Source: Macrostomum lignano (Eukaryota). From it: 64,000 nucleotides of DNA. This document shows, in pieces, positions 14,080 to 24,268 of the stretch. A model generated the notes under the pieces. It worked only from the letters and a program-made list of their open reading frames with translations. It searched no databases and was not told where the DNA came from. The stretch lies in contig NIVC01000031.1 of assembly GCA_002269645.1 (NCBI GenBank), forward strand, positions 124,001-188,000, written 5' to 3'. Each line of letters opens with the position of its first letter. The first letter of the stretch is position 1. A program made the translations under genes and the position numbers.

Positions 14080-14850
14080 TCTCCCTAAAATGAGCCCAAG
14101 AAAGCCTAAGCCACCCACCCCATTCTCTCGGCAATGTAGAGAGCCTGCTCCACCCACCCCATTCTCTCGGCAATGTAGATAGGCTGAGCCACCCACCCCA
14201 TTCTCTCGGCAATGTAGATAGGCTGAGCCATCCACCCCATTCTCCCGGCAATGTAGATAGGCTGAGCCACCCACCCCATTCTCTCGGCAATGTAGATAGG
14301 CTGAGCCACCCACCCCATTCTCTTGGCAGTGTACGCACTCGCCCCTAGATAGGCTGAGCCACCCACCCCATTCTCTCGGCAGTGTACGCACTCGGCCGTA
14401 GAAAGCCTGAGCCACCCACCCCATATTCTCGGCAATGTAGAGAGCCTGAGCCACCCACCCCATTCTCTCGGCAATGTAGAGAGCCTGCTCCACCCACCCC
14501 ATTCTCTCGGCAATGTAGATAGGCTGAGCCACCCACCCCATTCTCTCGGCAGTGTACGCACTCGCCCCTAGATAGGCTGAGCCACCCACCCCATTCTCTC
14601 GGCAATGTAGATAGGCTGAGCCACCCACCCCATTCTCTTGGCAGTGTACGCACTCGCCCCTAGATAGGCTGAGCCACCCACCCCATTCTCTCGGCAATGT
14701 AGATAGGCTGAGCCACCCACCCTATTCTCTCGGCAGTGTACGCACTCGGTCGTAGAGAGCCTGGGCCACCCACCCCATTCTCTCGGCAATGTATGCATGC
14801 ACTTGGCCCTAGAAATTGTGAGCCACCCACCCATTCTCTCTGCAATGTCC
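14080..14850. repeat. Minisatellite with a 39-bp unit and a longer variant unit
   Basis: Core gagccacccaccccattctctcggcaatgtagataggct, interspersed with longer units containing gtacgcactcg. Confidence 0.9.
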
Positions 14851-16029
14851 GCACTCGCTTTTGGGTAAATAAAATTTTTGGTTGGCGTAGCAAAAGAATA
14901 ATAGTTTTTTTAAATAATGCTTTTCCTCACTAATCTTTGAGGCAGCTACTGTTTGTATTACTAATACTACATATAAAAACCATACAAATGAAGAAAATCT
15001 AATCTCAAACTAAGGTCACAGTTAACTTAAATTGCCTCAATGTTTATTTTTCAAAGAAACGGTAAAGCTTTTTAGATTCCTTTGACAAAGAAAAAATTCA
15101 GGTATTCGTTCTTATACCAGCTATATTTTCCTATAAAAATCCATGCTACTGAATCTATTGTATTTGTCTATCACCGCTTTTGTAGTGCAATTTGATTTTC
15201 TGCGCGCTTATAAAAAAACAATAACAAAACAATTCCAATATGCGTTTCTTATTTGACCAGTTGTTTAAGCTACTATCAGTAGTATACGATATTGTTGCTT
15301 TATTTTCCCGTCTCATGAATTCTGTCAGTCTGATTTCAATGTTCTATATTTAATAATATAGTTTATCTTTATAGTTTATTTTTGCCTATATAAATATTGT
15401 CGAAATTTGTCCTAATTCTTGAATAAGAGAAGTCGTACTTTGCTATCTAATATTGCTATAGTAATGATACTGATAATGAATCATTTAAAAGTCAATCTTT
15501 ATTCTTTATTATGCCTGATGATGTCATTGATTCCTGCGAACTGTTTTCAATCTGTCATGTCAATCTGTCAAATCAAACGTTTATAAAGTTTTCTCTTTTA
15601 ATACTGCGTTTGAGTCCGTTTTAGTTAATCTAGTAGCAAGCGTTAATAACTGAAAGTCTGTGAGCGCTGTGTGTATTTTTTGAACGGAAGTAAACCAATT
15701 TGATCAACTTGATATGCCAATCATTTTCAAAATTACTGTTTTCTATGTCTCTGACTTATTTTTTAATCTGTTTGTTTTCAATGTATATTAGTTAAGTTTT
15801 TAGTACTTTATTAAGGGCGCCAGTGTCTTAGACACAAATAATAGCTGGTAAATATGAGCCCCATTGAGAATCAGAGTCCATCTTATTCAGAATCCGGCTT
15901 AAATCTTATTGAGAATCTGGAGTCCAATGTCATTGAGAATCTGGCTCAAATCTCATTTAAAATCATAGTCAAATCTCACTGCGAATTAGAGTCAAATCTC
16001 ATTCAGAGTCCAGCTCAAATCTCATTGAG

Positions 16030-16225
16030 AATTGAACTCAGCACCTTTAGAATCGGACTCAGCACCTTTAGAATCGGACTCAGCACCTTTAGAATCGGAC
16101 TCAGCACCTTTAGAATCGGCCTCAGCACCTTTAGAATCGGACTCAGCACCTTTAGAATCGGACTCAGCACCTTTAGAATCGGCCTCAGCACCTTTAGAAT
16201 CAGACTCAGCAACCTCAATAAGAAT
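16030..16225. repeat. 21-bp tandem repeat (ttagaatcggactcagcacct) just upstream of the GGT start
   Basis: About 9 tandem copies. Confidence 0.9.
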
Positions 16226-16274
16226 CTGACCGTTTTTATGCATGCGCACTTCAGCCAATCGCCAGCCCGCAAGC

Positions 16275-19200
16275 ATGAGCGAAGGTGACAAAACAAATCT
16301 GGTGAACCAGACCGACGAAGGCGCCGATCCGAACAACGCCGCAGGCGCTGCCGCTATCGGCGCTGATGAGCCGTCGTCAGCAGACAAGCCGGCCAGCTCG
16401 TCTCCATTGCAACGAAAATTGCGCTGCCCCCCGCCGCGCGGCATGACACTAATCGTATTAGTCTCTGTGATATTCAGCGCCGCAGTGACCTTGGCTCTCA
16501 TTCTGACCATAATATTCGGCGAGCCGCAAGTTCAACGACTTGGCGCGGTGGCCGCCGACACAACCGAAGCGGGAAAATGCGGCCTTGAGATGCTCACCAA
16601 CGGTGGTAGCGCTGTTGATGCAGCTGTTGCCGCCGCTCTATGCAATGCCGTTATACAATATCCAATCACTGGTCTGGGCGGCGGAGGCCTCATGCTGGTG
16701 CACAGTCATCGGGCGGACAAGACTACTTTGTTTGATTTCTTAGAAACTGCGCCAGCCACCGTCACCGCGAAATCGTTTGCAGCGGCTGGCGGCGAGTCCA
16801 GAGCGTTGAAATCTGCGCTTGGTGCTGGCGTGCCCGGCTTTGCGCGCGGTTTAGAGGTGGCGCATAAGTGAGTTTTTTGTTGTTACTATGCCGTTGCTAT
16901 GTGGGTTTTATGGTGTTTCGCCACTTGCTATGCTGTTTCTATGTCGTTGCTATGGTGTTTCTAGTCTGGTTGCAATGGTGTTTCTATTCTGGTTGCTATG
17001 GTGTTTCTAGTCTGGTTGCTATGGTGTTTCTAGTCTGGTTGCAATGGTGTTTCTATTCTGGTTGCTATGGTGTTTCTAGTCTGGTTGCTATGGTGTTTCT
17101 AGTCTGGTTGCTATGGTGTTTCTAGTCTGGTTGCTATGGTGTTTCTAGTCTGGTTGCTATTGTGTTTCTAGTCTGGTTGCTATAGTGTTTCTAGTCTGGT
17201 TGCTATGGTGTTTCTAGTCTGGTTGCTATGGTGTTTCTAGTCTGGTTGCTATGCCGCTCGTCTGTCAACGCCGTATTTATTAGCCCTCTTCTTTCCCCCA
17301 TCAAGGCGGTTCGGCCGGCTGAAATGGTCCAGCCTATTTGCTCCGGCGATTCGCCTGGCAACAAGCGGCTTTCACATGCCGGCCGATGTTCACCTATTAG
17401 TGGCGAACAATGCGGCCCGTTTAGCCGGCAATCCTTTGTTAAAGCGCGTGTACCTGACACCTAGCGGAGCTCCCAAGCCAACTGGCACCCTGATCACCAT
17501 GCCTGAGCTTGCTGGCGCTTTGAAATTTCTACGGGACCAAGGCGCCAATGCGATGTACAGCGGCAGTCTGTCCGCCCAGCTGCTGTCCACTTCGTCTGAC
17601 AATGGCGGCTTTCTGGCCCAGGCGGATCTGACCGGCTACAAAGTGCAGGAGCGAACCGCTCTGGTTGGGCACTACCGCAATTTTACCATTAGAACTTTTC
17701 CTCCGCCTTCTTCTGGCGGCGCCTACACTCTGCTGCTGGCCCAAGTGTTGGCCGGATATCCGGGTTAGTCCCCACCTTTGTTGACCTGTTAGCGAAATCA
17801 ATATTTTGCTTTAGGGCGACAACAAATGAGTGCCTGTGGCGCTAAAATGAGTGCCTGTGGCGCTAAAATGAGTGCCTGTGGCGCTAAAATGAGTGGCTGC
17901 GGCGCTAAAATGAGTGCCTGTGGCGCTAAAATGAGTGCCTGTGGCGCTAAAATGAGTGCCTGCGGCGCTAAAATGAGTGCCTGCGGCGCTAAAATGAGTG
18001 TCTGCGGCGCTAAAATGAGTGCCTGCGGCGCCAAAATGAGTACCTGCGGCGCTAAAATGAGTGCCTGCGGCGCTAAAATGAGTGTCTGCGGCACTAAAAT
18101 GAGTGCCTGCGGCGCTAAAATGAGTGCCTGCGGCGCTAAAATGAGTGCCTGCGGCACTAAAATGAGTGCCTGCGGCGCTAAAATGAGTGTCTGCGGCACT
18201 AAAATGAGTGCCTGTGGCGCTAAAATGAGTGCCTGTGGCGCTAAAATGAGTGCCTGCGGCGCTAAAATGAGTGCCTGCGGCGCTAAAATGAGTGCCTGCG
18301 GCGCTAAAATGAGTGTCTGCGGCGCTAAAATGAGTGTCTGCGGCGCTAAAATGAGTGCCTGCGGCGCTAAAATGAGTGCCTGTGGCGCTAAAATGAGTGC
18401 CTGCGGCGCTAAAATGAGTGCCTGCGGCGCTAAAATGAGTGCTGCGGCGCCAAAATGAGTGCCCCGATTCTGAAAATAATAAACGTAGAAATTTAGTCAT
18501 GTACATGCAAAACTCTTGGCTTTGTCCCCCCCCCTCTACCATAGAATCCATGGCGACGCCCCCCCCCGTGAGGAGAGACAAACCTTGAGAGGGCCAGATT
18601 GCTATTGTAAAGTTACAAAGGACCCGAGGGCTATCGAATACCTCCCCCCCCTCATCACCCTTACTTCCAGCATCCAGCAACGACTTGTCCAATTCCACCG
18701 GCCTTCTGCTCCATCGGTTCGCCGAAGCTGCCAAATTCGCCCTCGGCGCTGTACAATCCATCGGCGAGTCCTCTACCGCCCTCGCCGCCGACCTGTCGAC
18801 GCCCGCTTACGCCGACCGACTTCGAAGTCGAATTGCCGACAATCGCGTATTCAACGCCGACAATTCGACTGCCTACGCCGAGCAGCCGTGGCCTCAGCCG
18901 AATCGCCCGCTGCAGGCCAGCTCTAGCCTGGTTGCCGTTGACAACGACGAACTATACGTATCCATGGAGACGAGTATTAACACGCCGTTCGCCGCCGGTT
19001 TGACCACCTCGCCTAATGGCATCTTGCTTAACAATGCGCTGGCTAATTTCGATCTGTCCGGCGGCTCCGCTGGTAACCATAGCAACGCACCGGCCGGTGG
19101 CAGACGGCCGGCCACGCTAATGTCGCCATCGTTCGCCTTCAATCCGCGTCAACGATGCGGCCTGAGATTCGCCTTTGGCGCCTCAAATAGCACCGCTGTG

Positions 19201-20892
19201 CCCAGCGTTACCGCTTGGTTGGCTGCCAGGTTAGGGGCCTTCAGATTCTTTAATAATCCTCTTTATACCCCTTTATGAGCATCGTACTTAAAGTTCTCCT
19301 TCCCGAGAATCCTACTCAAGATCCCCTACCTGAAAATCCTACTTAAGATCCTCTCCCTGAGAATCCTACTCAAGATTCCCTACCTGATAATCCTACTCAA
19401 GATCCCCTCCCTGATAATCCTACTCAAGATTCCCTACCTGATAATCCTACTCAAAGATCCCCTCCCTGAGAATCCTACTCAAGATCCCCTCCCTGATAAT
19501 CCTACTCAAGATCCCCTCCCTAATAATCCTACTCAAGATTCCCTACCTGATAATCCTACTCAAGATCCCCTCCCTGATAATCCTACTCAAGATTCCCTAC
19601 CTGATAATCCTACTCAAAGATCCCCTCCCTGATAATCCTACTCAAGATCCCCTCCCTGATAATCCTACTCAAGATTCCCTACCTGATATCCTACTCAAAT
19701 ATCCCCTCCCTGAGAATCCTACTCAAATATCCCCTCCCTGATAATCCTCCTCAAGATCCTCTCTCTGATAATCCTACTCAAAGATCCCCTCCCTGAGAAT
19801 CCTACTCAAGATCCCCTCCCTGATAATCCTACTCAAGATTCCCTACATGATAATCCTACTCAAGATCCCCTCCCTGATAGTCCTCCTCAAGATCCCCTCC
19901 CTGATAATCCTACTCAAGATTCCCTACCTGATAATCCTACTAAAAGATCCCCTCCCTGAGAATCCTACTCAAATATCCCCTCTCTGATAATCCTACTCAA
20001 GATTCCCTACCTGATAATCCTACTTAAAGATCCCCTCCCTGAGAATCCTACTCAAGATCCCCTCCCTGATAATCCTACTCAAATATCCCCTCCCTGATAA
20101 TCCTACTCAAGATTCCCTACCTGATAATCCTACTCAAAGATCCCCTCCCTGAGAATCCTACTCAAGATCCCCTCCCTGATAATCCTACTCAAATATCCCC
20201 TCCCTGATAATCCTACTCAAGATCCCCTCCCTGATAATCCTACTCAAAGATCCCCTCCCTGAGAATCCTACTCAAGATCCCCTCCCTGATAATCCTACTC
20301 AAATATCCCCTCCCTGATAATCCTACTCAAGATCCCCTCCCTGATAATCCTACTCAAGATTCCCTACCTGATAATCCTACTCAAATATCCCCTACCTGGT
20401 AATCCTACTCAAAGATCCCATTCCGGATAATCCTACTCGCCTCCTTGACAATCGCTCTCTATCTTCTGAAAACGCAACAGTTCTCTGAACCTTACGTAGC
20501 GCAGCCTTTTCCTTGTCTATAAAAAAGTGCTAATCACCTTTTCACACAGACTGTCGGACCTCTCCGCCGACACCAGCGTGTGCCCGCACGTTGTGAGCAG
20601 CCGTCGAAAGGACTCGAAACGACAGCCCTGCCTGCCTTTGGCATCGACCGACAAAGCGCCCAGAGTGAATCCGCTGCTGCCGCCCGACCATCCGGTGCTG
20701 GAATCCGAAAGCCGCTTACCAACCGATATTGGCAAGATGCTCACCGCTATGGGGCATAAATTAGTTGTACAGCCTAACGGACTGGCTCGAGCCCAGCTAG
20801 TTGCCATGGACATGTACAGCTTGGCTGCTGATAGCGACCTCCCTCGATCTGGTGCCGTAGCTGCTCTCCTGCCGCAGAGTGGCAGCTCCTAA
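16275..20892 (+). CDS. GGT7: Gamma-glutamyltranspeptidase / glutathione hydrolase 7-like, type II membrane protein, ~650 aa
   Basis: Exons 16275-16867, 17306-17763, 18671-19229, 20550-20892 (1953 nt, in frame). N-terminal TM helix and GGT motifs GGSAVDAAVAAALC, GLGGGGLML, FDFLETAP, GVPGF, FGRLKWSSLFAPAI, PPPSSGG, SINTPF, GILLNN. The C-terminal half (RRPATLMSP, RCGLRFAFGA) resembles the GGT7 clade from recall. The start could alternatively be 16242. Confidence 0.88.
16940..17250. repeat. 23-bp minisatellite in GGT intron 1 (tggtgtttctagtctggttgcta)
   Basis: Tandem copies; same family as the 40.1-42.1 kb array. Confidence 0.95.
17815..18460. repeat. 21-bp minisatellite in GGT intron 2 (aaaatgagtgcctgcggcgct), about 30 copies
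   Basis: Tandem copies; they explain the MSACGAK ORF. Confidence 0.95.
19305..20440. repeat. 27/28-bp minisatellite in GGT intron 3 (gataatcctactcaagatcccctccct)
   Basis: About 40 tandem copies. Confidence 0.95.
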
Positions 20893-21057
20893 ATTGAAGG
20901 GAGTTGCGTGTCCATTTAATCAATTAATCAATTATCTTCTACATATCAGTGTGTGTTGATCACAAATATTTATTTTTAATTTCCCGAGGTTTTTGTGCGT
21001 TTTTTTTCTGTTATAATAAACTTTAATTCCAACATTTGACCTAACTGTTTGACTAGC

Positions 21058-21570
21058 GTAAAATGGCATCTTGGATTTGAACTTCCCTAGAGTCAAAATG
21101 GCATTTTGGTTTTAAACTTCCCTAGAGTCAAAATAGCATCTTGGATTTAAACTTCCCTAGAGTCAAAATGGCATCTTGGATTTAAACTTCCCTAGAGTCA
21201 AAATGGCATCTTGGATTTAAACTTCCCTAGAGTCAAAATGGCATCTTGGATTTAAACTTCCCTAGAGTCAAAATGGCATCTTGGATTTAAACTTCCCTAG
21301 AGTCAAAATGGCATCTTGGATTTAAACTTTCCTAGAGTCAAAATGGCATCTTGGATTTAAACTTCCCTAGAGTCAAAATGGCATTTTGGTTTTAAACTTC
21401 CCTAGAGTCAAAATGGCATCTTGGATTTGAACTTCCCTAGAGTCAAAATGACATTTTGGTTTTAAACTTCCCTAGAGTCAAAATAGCATCTTGGATTTGA
21501 ACTTCCCTAGAGTCAAAATGGCGTCCTGAAGTTGAACTTCCCTAGAGCCAAAATGACATTTTGGATTCGA
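21058..21570. repeat. 35-bp minisatellite (caaaatggcatcttggatttaaacttccctagagt), about 14 copies
   Basis: Tandem copies. Confidence 0.95.
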
Positions 21571-22444
21571 CAAGTATGACACGTCACCCCAGTGAACAAA
21601 GTAATTATAGAAAGAATAAACTTTGAAAATATCAATTGAAGTTTTTTTCTAACAAATTTTGTCAGATTTTTTGGCTTGATAATGAGTGACTTTTAACTAG
21701 CGAGATTTACAGTATGCAATTTGCTTTGAATTCATTATCTATTATTTCTTTAAAGTTTAAATTGCTTCGACTTTTTTGGTGGTTTGAATCTCCCATGTTT
21801 TTATTGTTGTGCCCTGTGCCTGGTATAATTGTTTGTTTAGAATTTTCTTCCTTTATTTCTATGGGTTGAACCCTAGTATATCTAGACATAATATTCACAG
21901 CTGAAATTTGAATGACACAGCACTTAATGGTCTAGGATTTATGATGAATACTGATAATAAATCTTCAATGCTATTTTTCTATTGTATTTAAGTACTTTGT
22001 GTTATCTCTGGTTGTTGTTTGGTCTTCCGAAATCAATACAAAGTTAATCCATGACAGGACAAAATATTTATTATATAATATACTATTTGTGTCACTATAA
22101 ACATACTGGCTATATTGTATTTATTTAATAGCATTTTAATAGTAGAACTACAAAAGCAACGCTGGCACAGGAAATTCAGGAACACGGGTCTGTATTTTTA
22201 TTTGCGCACCTTCTAAACCAAAAATCAAGTCGAGATGTTCAACAATTCTGCTAGAAGGTCTGATTTTTCCCGTAAGCTCTATAGGTGTATTTAATACACT
22301 CCTTTGCGCTAATCAGCACCTCCTACCACACCTGTCTGCATCAGTTCTGACTTTCTTGCAAAAGAATTCTCGGTATTCCTACTGTGAAAGCACAACTTAG
22401 TTACATTGATGATATCACAACTTCCATATGATTCTTTACTACTG

Positions 22445-22570
22445 GCATAAATCCTTGTTGTAAGCCAGCGTCTGAGTTTTGGTCCATTCACCAGCCGTTC
22501 TCCAGATTCGTGTGAGTGCGCGAGTGTCCTCAGTAGTGCTAGTTGGTGAATTTCCATCCAGGGCTCAGTG
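22445..22570 (-). pseudogene. Decayed F-type lectin exon fragment
   Basis: gtaagccagcgtctgagttttggtccattcaccagccgttctccagattcgtgtgagtgcgcgagtgtcctcagtagtgc aligns to the A-type lectin exons (GNTNQ..GHSCTHTKLE.GW region), with stops. Confidence 0.75.
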
Positions 22571-22680
22571 CTAAATAAATTGTGGATTATATACGTAGTG
22601 ATTTTCATGAATATTACGAGTAACTTCAATATTATTTATTGAAGTTGAACTTTATTCAACGATTCTGCTAAATTGTGACA

Positions 22681-22850
22681 GGGGTTGTGGCCTAATAGTT
22701 AGAGCGTCGAACTCTCGAAAAGAAGGTCGGGGGTTCGTTTTTTAATCATCCACCACTCGGAACAATGTTTCGTGCAGAGTTAGGTGTCCTAACTCTGCAT
22801 TGCTTCAGTTCACCCAGCTGTAGAATGGGTGTTAGTACCCAGCCCGGAAG
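22681..22850 (+). mobile_element. tRNA-derived SINE, CORE-like
   Basis: Head ggggttgtggcctaatagttagagcg (A-box-like) and ggttcg (B-box-like), followed by tgcttcagttcacccagctgtagaatggg, which resembles the CORE-SINE motif. Confidence 0.55.
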
Positions 22851-24268
22851 GAAACCAGAGAAACAGAGGAACACCGAGGTTGGCGAGAACACAGAGGCGA
22901 AGCAACGGCCTCCAACACGGCTCGAAGGCTTGTATATTTGGTGACGAACACGGCATTAACAGCCGAATAAAAACCGAAGAAAAATTAAAAAATCGACTAA
23001 GGTTAGCGAGAGCGAGAACGCAGGAGCTCCTGCGAAACCAGGCATAAAAAACCCTCAGCAGGCGGAGGGGGGAGGGCCGCTGCACAAAGGAGGGTATAGA
23101 GACACACAACGCACAACCCCCCCCCCACGCCGACCCTGCGCACGCACAAAGGCCCAAAACCAACCCCCGGGGGTACTAAAGCTGGTCTGCTCAAAGGCAT
23201 GCCTCAGAGCAAACCAAGGCACCTTGGACTGAACAGCCGTACGCAGCTTTCAGATGCGCCGCGCAATAGCTGCGGCTGAGCTGTCGGTTGCACATCTGCC
23301 TATTAGAGTCAGCGTAATCAATTATTAATATATGATTAAGTGAGACAAATATTAATTCGACGGTATTATTATCGACGGTACTCATCGTTAACTTGGATGG
23401 TGGATCTTTTACTTCACCTATTTTTTCTGTAAAAAAGTAAAATGGCAAAACGCAGGACAGTTCGACAAGATGCTCGACTCGCAGTCATTCAGCTTTAAAT
23501 TCTAAGAAATTGTTTACTTTAAACTTTTCAATTTGGACTATTCGACTGCCGGCAGAGAAGTATAGTCTGCATGGTACCGCTTGTGTCGTGACTTGTAGTA
23601 TAGTCTGTACCGCCAGAAAGTTGAAATCTGTGTTAAGTGTTTTTTTAATGAAGAAAACAGATTTTGACTATCTTGGCAGTGTACTTTTTCCAAGATATTG
23701 GTTTCCAAAAAATCACGATCCTTGAGTCTTGTGGTCTGTTATACTACAGTGGTCATTGGCTGATTATTAAAAAAACAGTTTTTACAATGTTTTCATCTTA
23801 TGCAATGCCAGTCAATATCTGACAGGCACATGGTGGCTCCCACAGTAGATTGCATAAAGGCGAAAGTCAAATTTCCCATATGAGACGTTACATTTGCTTT
23901 CTTTCGTAATCAAGTGCATCCAATGCTCGTGGTCAAGTTTTAGCATATGCATAGCTGTTCAGTTTAGTTATTAAGATGCTCTGTTTGCACCAACAGAGAC
24001 ACATCCGGCAGTAAAAATTGTAAAGAGAAAAGACAAACAAAAACGACTGTCTGATTGACAATGCAAGATGTTAATCACCAGTTGTAGTATATTAAATAAC
24101 ACGGGTACTAAATCAAGTCCACTGACAATTCACCTGTTTCTAATTAAGTAGAGAATAAAACCGAAAATCCAGTATTTAGTTGTTTAACCTAAACCATTAC
24201 ACTATATTTTAGACTTTATTGTAGCTTCTTGTCAAGCCACTCCAAGGAGTAGCCACGTTCACAAAACT

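Noticed and set aside
12342-18761. Long periodic ORFs (12342-12995, 14059-14697, 17811-18761, 17826-18458)
   Set aside because: Stop-free reading of tandem repeats in non-coding or intronic positions.
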